From assembly GCA_040877705.1 (NCBI GenBank), contig JBBDNJ010000342.1, forward strand, positions 1 to 50,036: 50,036 nt of DNA, written 5' to 3'. Below are positions 6,865 through 17,633 of this stretch, piece by piece (the first letter of the stretch is position 1; every line of letters begins with the position of its first letter). Source of the DNA: Candidatus Binatia bacterium (lineage in GTDB: Bacteria; Desulfobacterota; Binatia; UBA9968). The notes below the pieces were generated by a model. The model made no database searches, was not told where the DNA came from, and saw nothing but the letters and a program-made list of their open reading frames with translations. The translations under genes were made by a program, and so were the position numbers.

Positions 6865-9800
6865 TATCGCAGCCCTCCCCTTGGCCAGCTCCGCAAAACC
6901 AAATCAGCAAGGAACAGGAACAAGCCCAGACCTGCCAGCGGCCACCAGATTTCTTGCCCGCGGGTGCCTTTTCCCGGAGTCGGGGTATAGAGGCGCGCGA
7001 CGCCATCCTCTATTTTGTCGGGATCGATCATCTCGCCGCCGGTCTCTTCGGCAAGACGGCTGAGGAGCGCCATGTTGGGTTTGAGTTCACGATACTCCTT
7101 CGGATAGGGAGCGATGTATGGAACGGTTGCCACGGGCTGGACTGCTTCTCCGGAACCCCCTTCAGTATAAAGAGTCATCAAATGAATGCCGCGCTGCGCA
7201 GGAATGAACTTCGTCTCGTAGCGTCCCGGCGCTGTTTGTTGAAGAGTTTGCTCCAGCGTGGTCTGATTCGGAGCGGCGATATTGGTCTTGAGTTCAAGAT
7301 GATTGAGAAACGTTCCGTCCTTGGAGAGCAAATCGGCGACGACCCTTACCGCGTCCCCTTCCGGTTGTAACTCCGCGCGCATTCTCGTTTCGAGCAGCTT
7401 GCGCATGGTGTCGCGCGCCAGCTGACTGGCCCATTGGGGAAAGCCTTTCCATGTCACCCATTCTTTTCCCCAAGGACCGCTCAAATCCGAGGTGAAGGCC
7501 ATCACCCGACCGACGCCATAGCGCCACGCTACCAACAAAGGATCTTTGTCCGCCTTCATGAGCAATTCGGCGCGCGCCTTGGGGTAGGTGAGCACATAGC
7601 CGCTCAGCGACGGCAAACTGCTTTGACTAATGCCTTTGAGCGGACCCACCGGCGCGACGATACTCGGCGTGAGCGATTTTTCCACCAGCAAATCGCGCGA
7701 AATGAGCAGAGTTTCCGCGGTAAAAATCTGCGGAATCGTCTGCGGATCCAAGGCCACATAGCCTCTGCCTTTGCCCTCTTTGGCGATGTCGGCCATGAGC
7801 TGAACATCGGCATCATTGCCTACTGAAACCGTCGAGACCGTAATGCCGTCGCGCGCCATGCGTTGCGCCAGTCTTTGAAAATCCGCTTTATCGGTGAGTC
7901 CGTCGGAAAGCACGATGACGTGCTTGATCGCGGCTTGTTTGGCCGCAATCTCACGATGGGCCTCGACCAGGGCTTTATAAAGATCCGTGCCGCCGTCCGA
8001 CTGCAGCGCGGCGAGCTTTTCCGAAATCCATTCTCCTTTACCGACGTGACGAAAGGGAAGAACCCAATCCCACGCGGCGTCGAAGCCAATGATGCCGACC
8101 TGGTCCGCTGGATTCATGATATCGGCCGCCGCGATCGCGGCGGCCTTGGCAAGGTCGAGCTTGGTGCTCCCGTCTTGCCCGGCGCCCATGCTGCCCGACT
8201 TATCGAGAACGAAAAGCAGCGCCACGTGGGGCAAGTCGAGTCTGGCGGGCGGGCGCATGTCCACGGGAAGAATGCGTTCCAGCGGTGTCCGATAGTAGCC
8301 GCCGGCACCGTAGCTCTGCGCGCCGCCGATCACCAACAAACCGCCGCCCAAGTCGCGGACGTATTTTTCAATGTTCTCCATCTTTGCGTGGGAGAGTTGA
8401 AAGGCCGGCACATTATCAAGGATTAGCAGATCGAAGGAGGCAAGCTCGGTGAGACTCATGGCCGATCTTTCCGGCGCAGACTCCACAATAGAGTATCCCT
8501 GAACCTGTAATACCCGGGACAAGAAGCGCTGGCTCTCCCTGTTCCCCGAAAGCAGCAAGACCCTGGGCGGTCCCTTAACTTCAACCACTCCTTGCAGCAA
8601 GTTGTTTTCGGCAAGGGTATCATCGCTCGACTCGACGAGCAGTTCATAGCTATGGTTGCCGCGTTTAATCAAATTGTCGCGGAAACTCAGCTGATTGGCT
8701 CCGGACCGTAATTGCACCTCTTGTTCATGGATCAGGACGCCGCCGCGCAAAAGTTTGATGCGCGCCGGCGCATCGCGAAGGCTTTCGATCTTGACATTGA
8801 TTTCAAAGCCCTCGGCGCTGTCCACTTGCCGAGGCAGGTCAAGAGCGCTGAGGTAGATTTCGTTTTTGCCGCGGGAAAGGCTTACCGGCAGTGCCCAGAC
8901 CTGAGCGCCCTGCGAGCGCAGCAATGGAATAATTCGCGAGATCTCGCCGCGATTCTCATTGCCGTCCGAAATGAGCAGAATCTTTCCCTGGCGCCCCTCG
9001 CCCATTTGCGCCAATGACGCCTGCAGCGCCGCCTGGATGTCGGTCTCTTCACGGTCCAAGCGTGAAGTGGAATCGCCAGCAGGAAACTCCTGGCGCGGCA
9101 GAAACTCCCATTCCGGCACGCGGCCGAATACGACCATGCCCGTGCGCGTGTCCTGATTCCTGACGCGCGCTGCGGTTTCGAGAATCTCGCGCGCCTTTTC
9201 CCGACCTTCCTGTCCGACGCTGCGCGAGAGATCGACGTCGAGCACGACATCCAGAGCATTGCTCGCTTGAAAGATTCTCGGATTGAACAAAGCCAGCGAA
9301 AGCGCGCCCAACGCTCCGGCCCGAATGAGAATCGGGGACAACGGGAAGCCGGTACGAAAAGCCAGGAGCATTTCGGTAGCGAGCAAAACCAACACTGCGA
9401 CCAACAGTATCGGCCACAAGGAGAATCCGGCTTCCAGCTTTTCATTGCCGCTGCTCGCTGTGGTTGCGGCGGCCGTCGCCGCGTTCACGCGCGGGATAAT
9501 TTGCGACTCCGCCTCATCAAAAAGATTGACGGCAAAACGGCCTTCTGTACCGGTGCTTTTGTAGCTATAGAAACCTGCCTCAAAGGTTTCGGCGAAAATC
9601 AAAGGGTTGGCCACAGGCTTCAAGCTTTCTTTCTTGCCCGACGGCGCAGTCACTTCAATGTCGCCGTCCGCGGCCGGCAGACGCAGCGCGATGGGACTCC
9701 CCGAGCGCACGCTGCGTGCCGGAAATTCGAGGCGCTGGGGCTGAAACCATTCGAAGGCGTTATGAAACAAAACAGGAAACGCTACTCTGAGCGGTAGATC

Positions 9801-11189
9801 CGATGCCATGAGATCGAAGCCGATCACCAGTGCTCGGAGCTTGCCCTTTTCTACAGCAACGAGCAGAGGACTTTCTGAGGAACGAGCCAGAATAGCTCCG
9901 TTTCCCGTCAGCGCTAACCGGAGTGATTCTTGCACGTACAAATCGCCGAGACTCAACCCGTCGGTAACCGGGTGCTTGGCCACTGGAGAAACAACTTTCG
10001 GGTTCTTTATAGTGCCCTCGAGGCGCAGAGGGAGATTGGGCGGCAGGGTGTTTATGAAGATAAAATTGCCTTGCGTAAGCGCGGGAACCGGAACGCGGTC
10101 GAAAATCACCGTATCATATTCCAGCGCGGTTGAATGCTGCTCCCACTGCTGTAACGTGCTGACTTGCACGTGGGGAAAGAAGCGAAACAGGTTGGTTAGA
10201 AACGGATTTCCGGGGCCGACATAGAGGAGCCGAACGGGCGGCCCATCGCTGATAACCGAATAAGCGCGGTTGTCGGTGACGAAGTCATCGTCGATTTCTA
10301 AACGGGCGCCCAAAGCGCCCGCCGGAGATCCATCAATCGGATAGATCAGGACCCGGCGACCTTCCGGTTCGACTTCGACGGTCTCTTGGATTAGCGTCTT
10401 TTCCCCCAGCGTCAATGCCAGCGGAACGCGGACCATTTTTGCCATAAAGTTTTTCACGTGCACCATGACCTCGACTTGCGACGGGCGCTCCGGATAGCGG
10501 CGCAATTCGAAGCCGACGATGCCAACGTTATCTTTGCCGCCGTCGACTTTAATAAAACGAAGGTGGGCGGCCGCGGCGCTATAATCTTCGGCTCCGTCAA
10601 AGGCGCCGTCGCTGATCACCACGACGCGGTCCGCGCTACCGCGCTTGAGAAACGCATGGGCAAAAAGAATCGCCTCTTTGACTCGCCCGGGAGCGTCGGT
10701 GGCATTTAAACTTCGCGCCAACTCCCGCAGCCTTCGCTTGTCCGACGTAAAGGGCAGGAGAAGCCGCGGCTCCACGCCGGCGCCGATGACCATCATCTTC
10801 TGATCCGGCGCCAAATGATCGACCGACGAAAGAAATTCGCGCCGCGCTGCTTCGAAGCGATCCCCCGAACTGCCTTTCGCTTTCATGCTGGCGCTCAAAT
10901 CGATGACCATGACCGTGTCGCCGGACATCGCGCCGAAGTGCAACAACGCCGGATCGGCCAGCGCGGCGATCAGAACCGCGGCGGCCACGATTTGCAAAAT
11001 CATCAGGAGGTTCTTCCGCAGCAACCATCCCAGCCGCGTCGCCAGCGGCTGCTCCTTAAGCACACGCTCCCATAGAAACAGCGTGGTGGTGCTTACTTTG
11101 AATCCTTTGGGTTTGAGACTATGGAGAAAAAGAATCAGCGGGACAGCCCCGGCAAGCAGCAGCAGCGCGTGTGGAACACCCCAAAGCAT
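6864..11189 (-). CDS. Large membrane protein: BatA N-terminal domain, multiple VWA domains and a glutamine amidotransferase-like (DUF1355-type) domain
   Basis: BatA-type double TM start. MIDAS motifs DLSASM, DLSRSV, DKSGSM with SDG loops. GGGLLVIGG..SYGAGGY..TPLE.ILPV. C-terminal E.WWPL TM. Confidence 0.9.
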   Translation of the reverse strand: MLWGVPHALLLLAGAVPLILFLHSLKPKGFKVSTTTLFLWERVLKEQPLATRLGWLLRKNLLMILQIVAAAVLIAALADPALLHFGAMSGDTVMVIDLSASMKAKGSSGDRFEAARREFLSSVDHLAPDQKMMVIGAGVEPRLLLPFTSDKRRLRELARSLNATDAPGRVKEAILFAHAFLKRGSADRVVVISDGAFDGAEDYSAAAAHLRFIKVDGGKDNVGIVGFELRRYPERPSQVEVMVHVKNFMAKMVRVPLALTLGEKTLIQETVEVEPEGRRVLIYPIDGSPAGALGARLEIDDDFVTDNRAYSVISDGPPVRLLYVGPGNPFLTNLFRFFPHVQVSTLQQWEQHSTALEYDTVIFDRVPVPALTQGNFIFINTLPPNLPLRLEGTIKNPKVVSPVAKHPVTDGLSLGDLYVQESLRLALTGNGAILARSSESPLLVAVEKGKLRALVIGFDLMASDLPLRVAFPVLFHNAFEWFQPQRLEFPARSVRSGSPIALRLPAADGDIEVTAPSGKKESLKPVANPLIFAETFEAGFYSYKSTGTEGRFAVNLFDEAESQIIPRVNAATAAATTASSGNEKLEAGFSLWPILLVAVLVLLATEMLLAFRTGFPLSPILIRAGALGALSLALFNPRIFQASNALDVVLDVDLSRSVGQEGREKAREILETAARVRNQDTRTGMVVFGRVPEWEFLPRQEFPAGDSTSRLDREETDIQAALQASLAQMGEGRQGKILLISDGNENRGEISRIIPLLRSQGAQVWALPVSLSRGKNEIYLSALDLPRQVDSAEGFEINVKIESLRDAPARIKLLRGGVLIHEQEVQLRSGANQLSFRDNLIKRGNHSYELLVESSDDTLAENNLLQGVVEVKGPPRVLLLSGNRESQRFLSRVLQVQGYSIVESAPERSAMSLTELASFDLLILDNVPAFQLSHAKMENIEKYVRDLGGGLLVIGGAQSYGAGGYYRTPLERILPVDMRPPARLDLPHVALLFVLDKSGSMGAGQDGSTKLDLAKAAAIAAADIMNPADQVGIIGFDAAWDWVLPFRHVGKGEWISEKLAALQSDGGTDLYKALVEAHREIAAKQAAIKHVIVLSDGLTDKADFQRLAQRMARDGITVSTVSVGNDADVQLMADIAKEGKGRGYVALDPQTIPQIFTAETLLISRDLLVEKSLTPSIVAPVGPLKGISQSSLPSLSGYVLTYPKARAELLMKADKDPLLVAWRYGVGRVMAFTSDLSGPWGKEWVTWKGFPQWASQLARDTMRKLLETRMRAELQPEGDAVRVVADLLSKDGTFLNHLELKTNIAAPNQTTLEQTLQQTAPGRYETKFIPAQRGIHLMTLYTEGGSGEAVQPVATVPYIAPYPKEYRELKPNMALLSRLAEETGGEMIDPDKIEDGVARLYTPTPGKGTRGQEIWWPLAGLGLFLFLADLVLRSWPRGGLR

Positions 11190-11195
11190 TTTGTT

Positions 11196-12275
11196 TCAGG
11201 TGACGCTGCTGACTTGACGCAGCGTTTTCAAAACAAACTCATCGAACGGTATTTGCGTCGTCGTGCGCAGATAATCGATTTGGCGGTTCGTGCAAATAGC
11301 CTCGATCTCGCCGAAATAACCTCGCAACTCCTGCTGATAGCGACGGACCAGCTCGGCATCCAGGACCAATCGGCGCTCGCGCCCGCCCTCGACGTCCTGG
11401 AGCGTGATGTCGCCCGACGGTTTCGGGCTGCTCTCTTGCTCGTCGATGATATGAACCACCAACAACTGATTCTTTTTCAGGGCGAGTTCCTCGAGAGCGG
11501 CGCGCCACCCGGCCGGATCGAACAAGTCGCTGACGACGATCACCAAGCCGGGATGAGGAAACAGACGGGAGAAGGAATGAATCGAGGATCTTAAGTCGGT
11601 TTCGCCGCTGCACGAGAGCGGGCCCAGGAAGTTAAACAGACGCAGGATCTGCTTTCGTCCTCTGCCAAGCGTTAGCGGTGTATGCAAAGCGGTCGCAAAC
11701 GCCGCGCCGCCGACACGATCCAAATTCTTCAGGCCGATGTAGCCCAATGCCGCGGCGACTCTTTTGGCATAGTCTATTTTCGCCGGCGACCCTTCCGCCA
11801 TGGAGCGGCTCGTGTCGACCAAAAGGTAGATGTTCATCTCTTCTTCGGCGGTAAACACTTTCACCAGGAGCCGCTCAAGCCGCCGGTAGATATTCCAGTC
11901 GACATAGCGAAGATCATCGCCTTTTTGATACTTGCGGTAGTCGGAAAATTCCAAGCTGAAACCCTTGCGTGACGTCGGGTGCTCGCCTTTAGCCCCCGCC
12001 CAACTGAGCCGCTTGGCAATCAGGCGCAGCCGCTCGATCTTCTTGAAAAATTCGGTATCGAAAAAGGTACCGGGCGGCGCCTTCGGAGTCTCGGGTTGAA
12101 CGGTTTGTTCAAACGATTTCGTTTCCTCCTTGGACGGGCTCGGCAGAAACGGCGCAAGCCGCGACCGCAGGGACCTTTTTTCGCGCGTGACGACGCTGTG
12201 GAAATGCGCTGACGACTTTTTCAATCGATCGTGCAACGCCGATACCCAGCTCGCAGCGCGGTACTCTGAATTCAT
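11196..12275 (-). CDS. DUF58 family protein (MoxR-associated)
   Basis: EFSDYRKYQKGDDLRYVDWN, LLVDTSRSM and VVSDL motifs. ATGA overlap with moxR. Confidence 0.92.
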   Translation of the reverse strand: MNSEYRAASWVSALHDRLKKSSAHFHSVVTREKRSLRSRLAPFLPSPSKEETKSFEQTVQPETPKAPPGTFFDTEFFKKIERLRLIAKRLSWAGAKGEHPTSRKGFSLEFSDYRKYQKGDDLRYVDWNIYRRLERLLVKVFTAEEEMNIYLLVDTSRSMAEGSPAKIDYAKRVAAALGYIGLKNLDRVGGAAFATALHTPLTLGRGRKQILRLFNFLGPLSCSGETDLRSSIHSFSRLFPHPGLVIVVSDLFDPAGWRAALEELALKKNQLLVVHIIDEQESSPKPSGDITLQDVEGGRERRLVLDAELVRRYQQELRGYFGEIEAICTNRQIDYLRTTTQIPFDEFVLKTLRQVSSVT

Positions 12276-13288
12276 AAAATACCCGGCGGAACTTCCGCAA
12301 CCTGCGCGACTATTTCCTCGAGAATTCTCTCGGCGCCGATCCCTTCAGCATCCGCTTCCAAGTTGAGAATCAGGCGGTGGCGCAGACTTGGCAGAAGCAT
12401 GGCGCGGACGTCATCGAAAGAGACATTGGGTCGTCCGGCCAACAGCGCGCGCGCCTTGGCCGCCAGGATCAAGCTTTGCAGCCCTCTCGGGCTAGAGCCG
12501 TACAAAACGAACTTCCGCGCCATAGCGGCGCCGTTGCCTCGCTCTTTTTGCGGCTGGGTATTAAGGACGATCCGCACGGCATAATCTTTTACGACATCGG
12601 CCAACGGGACATCCCTGATCCACTGGCGCATTTGCAGAATCGCCGTCGCATCCAGGACCTCGCGCAGAGCGCCGGGCGACGCCGCAGTCGTGAGATCCGC
12701 TATTCGGCTAAGTTCCGCATGCGACGGATACTCCAACACCAGCTTAAAGAAAAAACGATCCACCTGCGCTTCCGGAAGCGGATAAGTTCCCTCCATCTCG
12801 ATCGGGTTTTGCGTCGCCAGCACCATGAACGGATGTTCCAAGCGATGCAGCTTGCCGCCAACGGTGACGTTTTGCTCCTGCATGGCTTCCAATAACGCGG
12901 ACTGGGTTTTCGGCGTGGCCCGATTGATCTCATCGGCTAGGACAATGTGAGCGAACACAGGGCCGCGCTGAAATTCAAAGACTTTCCTGCCCGAGGGATC
13001 GTCGGTGAGCATGTTGGTTCCGGTAATGTCCGCCGGCATGAGATCGGGCGTGAACTGGATGCGCGAGAAACTCAGGCTTAAAATCTCGCCGAGACTGCGC
13101 ACCATCAGCGTCTTGCCCAAAGCCGGCACGCCCTCGAGCAAACAGTGGCCGCCGCAAACCAACGCGATGAAGATCTGTTCGATCGACTCCTCATGGCCGA
13201 CGATGACCCGCGCCATCTCGGCCTTTAAGTCATCGAAAGAGCGGCGCGCGCGCTGCATTCGTTGTTCGATGTCGGCGATGGATTCCAT
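12272..13288 (-). CDS. moxR: MoxR family AAA+ ATPase
   Basis: LLEGVPALGKT, RIQFTPDLMPADITG, LADEINRATPKTQSALLEAMQE, ATQNPIEMEGTYPLPEAQ.DRF. Confidence 0.96.
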   Translation of the reverse strand: MESIADIEQRMQRARRSFDDLKAEMARVIVGHEESIEQIFIALVCGGHCLLEGVPALGKTLMVRSLGEILSLSFSRIQFTPDLMPADITGTNMLTDDPSGRKVFEFQRGPVFAHIVLADEINRATPKTQSALLEAMQEQNVTVGGKLHRLEHPFMVLATQNPIEMEGTYPLPEAQVDRFFFKLVLEYPSHAELSRIADLTTAASPGALREVLDATAILQMRQWIRDVPLADVVKDYAVRIVLNTQPQKERGNGAAMARKFVLYGSSPRGLQSLILAAKARALLAGRPNVSFDDVRAMLLPSLRHRLILNLEADAEGIGAERILEEIVAQVAEVPPGIL

Positions 13289-13398
13289 GACGTCACTCCC
13301 TCAGTGCCAGACTAGAGTAGTTGGGTTTTCGATCCATCACTCCGCCGCTCCGATACTCCAACCTCCCGGCTGCCCGCACTGGCCGATTGCTCCTCTTT

Positions 13399-14820
13399 TC
13401 ACTCATTGTTCCCTAATGACAAAAAGTAGTTCCTGATCGTTTCCTTCAATGCTTCCGGAACCTGCTCGGAGTTGAGTTCTTGTTCCGCCTGTCGCCGGTA
13501 AGTAGCGATGACTTCGTCTTGCGAGACCTCATTCTTCCCACTCGAAGGTTTTACTTTCAACACCGCGCCGCTGCTGTTGCCCTCGCCGAGCAAGCCTTTA
13601 AGATGCGTCGCCGCCCCCGCGGGAAATTGCGGCGTAGATTGGAGCGGCGTTGCTTTTTTCATTCCTGGCTCGCTGCCCGGCAAGTTACTGGCGCTATTTG
13701 CCTTTTCACCGTCGCCCGGTAAATCCTCCTCGCCGCGTCCGGCGACCCGCGCGTTGCTCTCAGCCTTCTCACCCGGCGCCTGCTTCGCCAGCTGCTCGAG
13801 AAATTGTTGCGCGTCCAGCAAAGTACGCCGGTCCAGTTCGCCGGTAACCTGCTTGTCCATTGCGCCGAGAACGGATTTCAATTCGCTTTGGCTAAGCGAA
13901 CGGTTTCCCGAACCCTGCTGATCGAATTGCCGCTGGAGCTGCGGTAACGTTGCCAGCCGGTCAAGCCACTGTTGTCCCAACTCGCGCTCCCCCTTGACGC
14001 CATCGGGAAATTTCAGCAGCTCTTGCGCCGCTTCGAGTTCGGCCTTCAGATCCTTGAGGATCTGGCGGCTCTCCGCCGTTGCGAACGAGGGCTCTTTGCC
14101 GGCGGATTTTCCGATGGCTTCAACCTTGCTCGTCATGCGGGTCAATTCGTCTTTAAATTGTTCATCGGCGGTTTTTGCCTCGATGCCCTGCTGCGCCACC
14201 TTCTCCAGTTCTCGCCCCATTTGCAGGCTTTCACGCAGTCCTTCGCCGCCGGCCTTTTCTTGAAGCAGGCGGGAAAATTCTCGTACCTTATAGGCCAGGG
14301 TCTGCTGTGCCGGTGGCTGAACATCCCGGCCAAACCGGAGATCGATATCAAACCAGAGAAGGCCAATCCAAACGAGCAAAAGCGCAGGCGCGGCATAGTG
14401 TTGCCAGTGCCAGCGCCGGCGGAACAGACCTTTGGGATCGAGCGTCTTGAGGCGGTCTGCCGCCTCGCGAAGGACCAGGAGCGCAGTCGCTTCGGTCGCA
14501 TTGCGTTCCGACAATTCCCATGCGGTTACCGCGCGCTCGTCCAGGCGCAGCGCCTTATCCACGCCTACCATCGCCCGCGTTGAATCTTCGCGGCGCCAAC
14601 GCCGCCCGAGAAACAGGAACGGCGCAAACAGGAAAAAAAACGGCGCCGGTATGAACCAACGGAGATCGCTTGCCGGTAGAAGTGAGTAAAACGGCAGCAA
14701 CACCAACGCCGCTACGAGTGAATAACAAATGAGCGTCACGAGGATCTGCTCACGCCGTTTGCGTTGTTCCCAGCTCAACAGCTCGGCAAATTTCCTTTCG
14801 AGGATTTCCGGCGCATTCAC
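13399..14820 (-). CDS. Membrane-anchored coiled-coil protein of the MoxR/VWA cluster
   Basis: GTG 14820 overlaps the upstream stop (GTGA). Three TM segments, coiled coil and the typical C-terminal VP...KETIRNYF. Confidence 0.8.
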   Translation of the reverse strand: MNAPEILERKFAELLSWEQRKRREQILVTLICYSLVAALVLLPFYSLLPASDLRWFIPAPFFFLFAPFLFLGRRWRREDSTRAMVGVDKALRLDERAVTAWELSERNATEATALLVLREAADRLKTLDPKGLFRRRWHWQHYAAPALLLVWIGLLWFDIDLRFGRDVQPPAQQTLAYKVREFSRLLQEKAGGEGLRESLQMGRELEKVAQQGIEAKTADEQFKDELTRMTSKVEAIGKSAGKEPSFATAESRQILKDLKAELEAAQELLKFPDGVKGERELGQQWLDRLATLPQLQRQFDQQGSGNRSLSQSELKSVLGAMDKQVTGELDRRTLLDAQQFLEQLAKQAPGEKAESNARVAGRGEEDLPGDGEKANSASNLPGSEPGMKKATPLQSTPQFPAGAATHLKGLLGEGNSSGAVLKVKPSSGKNEVSQDEVIATYRRQAEQELNSEQVPEALKETIRNYFLSLGNNE

Positions 14821-15563
14821 GTCGTCAATTCCCTCCTCAGCGCCCAGCGGTGGGCGATCAGAGCCATGCCGCCGAGCAGCAGGTGACCGGTCAAATGGAC
14901 GGCGGTGGCGGACCATTTCGACCCGGCGATGGTCAGCGGCGCCAACTCCTGTCGAGCCAGAATAGCCAGCACAAACGCCAACGGGTTCAGCGGTAAATAG
15001 AGGAGCAAGGATAATATGATTAAAGTGAAAAAAAAGCAGCGAATAAACACTTGCCGGCTCTCGGCGCGCCGCTCCCATTGAACCAATGCAAACAAGCCCC
15101 AAACGCCGTAGCCCAATGCATAGAAGAGTAAAAGCAAAAACGTGATGGCTACAGTGAATATTGGAGTGCGCGCGATGGCCGCGGCCCAGATCAAAAACGG
15201 GGCGCAAAGGAGCACGGAAAGCCCGACGTGTAACGAGAGGAACGACAGTTGAGCGCGGCCGATCGCGGCGATCGACTGGCCACGGTCGCGCGTCCAGCTT
15301 CTGAGTGACTGAAATTTCCACGAGGCGAACTCCTGATTGGCTACGCGCAAGGCGAAATAAACCGTCAGCAACAACACCGTCACCGCGGTGACCTTGAAGA
15401 GACTCGCCGAACCGCTCCACATCTGCGCATCCAGCGACGGCAAGTAAAGCGAGAGAAATTCAACCGGCGCGATGATCATCAACATATAGAAATAGACCGC
15501 AAAGCCATGTCCTTCGACAAAGAAGATATCGATGCTTTCGCGCAGAACCGGGTTACTCCTCAT
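14817..15563 (-). CDS. ABC-2 permease-like multi-pass membrane protein
   Basis: NPVLRE start, about 6 hydrophobic segments, start and stop overlap both neighbours. Confidence 0.7.
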   Translation of the reverse strand: MRSNPVLRESIDIFFVEGHGFAVYFYMLMIIAPVEFLSLYLPSLDAQMWSGSASLFKVTAVTVLLLTVYFALRVANQEFASWKFQSLRSWTRDRGQSIAAIGRAQLSFLSLHVGLSVLLCAPFLIWAAAIARTPIFTVAITFLLLLFYALGYGVWGLFALVQWERRAESRQVFIRCFFFTLIILSLLLYLPLNPLAFVLAILARQELAPLTIAGSKWSATAVHLTGHLLLGGMALIAHRWALRRELTT

Positions 15564-17593
15564 TCGTCCTCCGCTGTTGTCAGTGGAATGATGGCCCGAA
15601 AGAGCGTGTAGTCGTGCGCGCGTATGCGCGGATCGTCAACGCTGACCCGGCGCTCCGGCTCTTTCACCCAGCCGAAAAACACCGCCGCGCCGGCGTCCCA
15701 ACGCACGGACTCACCGTCGCGCGGAAAAAATGAAGAGTGAAATAAAATGTCACGGGTTTTGTCCTGAAAAGGAACATCCCGCAGATTGAGCGCATCGGCG
15801 CGAATTGACCCGCCGCCGTCGCGCCCCGTTTCGGGCGCGAGCGGAAAAACTTTACTCCAACTTGCACCGCGCGGGATATCGCCCAAAGCATGGCGCCGGC
15901 CGGGTGACACCAACCAACAGTCCACCAAATCTTTGTTGCTTTGGTTGTTGACCTTCATGAGCAGCTTATCGGCTTGCGCTTCAAACTCGGCGCGAAACGG
16001 AAAGCGGTCGATGAAGCGCATGCGAAAGAGCCTATAATCCCACTCGCGCAGCGGCAAGCGATAACGGCTGGAACCGCCGCCGTCTTGCTGCATCACCGTC
16101 TCTTCCGGCCGTTCCTTGGCGGGCATGGAAATGGGAGTCATATCGATCCAGCCCGGCGCCAATTGAAGGCTGTATTGGCGGATTTGAGTCGAGAACATCG
16201 CCACGTTCGACTGGGCCTCAACGTAATCGTCGGCAATACTATCGAGCACGGTGGAAGAAAGAAGCACGCCGTCCGGGATGTTACCGCCGCGGCTGAACAG
16301 GGTATAGCCTCCCAGCCCGGCAACCGCAACGAATGCCGTGAAGCAGATGACGAGCGTGCGCGGCCAAAACCATTTTCTCTGCCACAGCCATGCTAACACC
16401 GCGATGCCGGCGAAATAGCCGAGCATCGCAAGAAACAGAGAGCCGGTCGGAACGTAGGTGGAGATAAATGAAGGGCTAAGGATGATTCGTGCGAAAATAG
16501 CGTCGTCCCAACGAGTTCGCGGCGACAAATCGTCCTCCCCGACCGGGGCCACGAGGTTTCGCACAAGCTGTGGCAAACCTTCCCATTGAGCAAGCGGCGG
16601 CCGCCCGACATCGACCGATAAATAGGTGATCCGCCCTTTTCCCCGGCTAGTTTCGACGAGAATTGGAATTCCCGCCGACTCAAGCAGAATTCTTCCATTC
16701 AAAAGGGTTGAGGCCTGGGCCCAGACGTCGTCGATGGGCACAGCTTTTTCGCCTTGCGTCGCTTGCGGAACGAAGGAGATTCTACGGCTTCCGGTAACCC
16801 GCACGGGCAGGAACCGGCTGATCGCAGGCTCTTGGTAAAGCGCGTGATTGAGGCTGCCGAGAATCACCATTCTACCGCCGGCGCTCAGCCATGTGTCTAA
16901 AGCGAGCAGCTGATAACGGGATAATTCTCGCAGCGATTGGTCGTAAAGAAGCAAATGCGATACCCCGAGCAAGGCTCTGGGATCGGACGGCAATTCGTTC
17001 AAAGCGACTGCGACCAAGCGATTGGGCGATGCCGGTCCGAGCGAGATGGATATAGAGTTGGTTTCGCTCACCAGCAACATCACCGGCACCGGGGAAAAAT
17101 AGCGCCGCAAATCCAGCTCCCGGGAAGCACTCCCAACCGGGCTCGAAAAAGCGATCGTCAACGGCCGGCTGATAAAATCAGGATCGATTGTGAGCTGGAC
17201 GGTTTTCCGGGACTGGGCGGATAGAAAAAGTTCTCTTCGATAGTATAACGGATAAGGAACGCCGCCTTTTGCGGCGCCGCCTTTCCAAACTTGGACTTCC
17301 AGAGATCCTTCGGCGGGGCGGCCGGAGTTACGGAGCTCGATCTCCAGTGGAAAAGGGCGCCCCAGTTGAAAGACGCCATGAAAACCGACGCGCGCTTCGA
17401 TGAGGATTTCAGCGCAGCCCAGGGATGAAAAAAGCACAAGGAAATAGAAAAAAGAAAAAAGACCGGTCACACGCGAGCCGGCCCGACAGCCTTTGATTCG
17501 AAACCCGGGAAGCGCTAAAGCCACACTGCCGTGCCGACTCCGTGGTCGATCACGGAGATAACCTCGAGCCGCCTTTCCAGCTGAAAAGGACAT
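15560..17593 (-). CDS. Exported/membrane protein of the MoxR/VWA cluster (GATase-like central region); true start may be GTG 17470
   Basis: Signal-like stretch LFSFFYFLVLFSSLGCA, WLSAGGRMVILG, GKGRITYL and two internal TM helices. Confidence 0.75.
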   Translation of the reverse strand: MSFSAGKAARGYLRDRPRSRHGSVALALPGFRIKGCRAGSRVTGLFSFFYFLVLFSSLGCAEILIEARVGFHGVFQLGRPFPLEIELRNSGRPAEGSLEVQVWKGGAAKGGVPYPLYYRRELFLSAQSRKTVQLTIDPDFISRPLTIAFSSPVGSASRELDLRRYFSPVPVMLLVSETNSISISLGPASPNRLVAVALNELPSDPRALLGVSHLLLYDQSLRELSRYQLLALDTWLSAGGRMVILGSLNHALYQEPAISRFLPVRVTGSRRISFVPQATQGEKAVPIDDVWAQASTLLNGRILLESAGIPILVETSRGKGRITYLSVDVGRPPLAQWEGLPQLVRNLVAPVGEDDLSPRTRWDDAIFARIILSPSFISTYVPTGSLFLAMLGYFAGIAVLAWLWQRKWFWPRTLVICFTAFVAVAGLGGYTLFSRGGNIPDGVLLSSTVLDSIADDYVEAQSNVAMFSTQIRQYSLQLAPGWIDMTPISMPAKERPEETVMQQDGGGSSRYRLPLREWDYRLFRMRFIDRFPFRAEFEAQADKLLMKVNNQSNKDLVDCWLVSPGRRHALGDIPRGASWSKVFPLAPETGRDGGGSIRADALNLRDVPFQDKTRDILFHSSFFPRDGESVRWDAGAAVFFGWVKEPERRVSVDDPRIRAHDYTLFRAIIPLTTAEDE

Positions 17594-17633
17594 GATCCCT
17601 TTCCAGAAAGGCCCGCGCCACTACAGGAGAGAT

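Noticed and set aside
14821-15420. N-terminal 200 aa of the 673-aa ORF 13399..15420
   Set aside because: Overlaps the real permease-like gene in another frame. The GTGA overlap supports a start at 14820.
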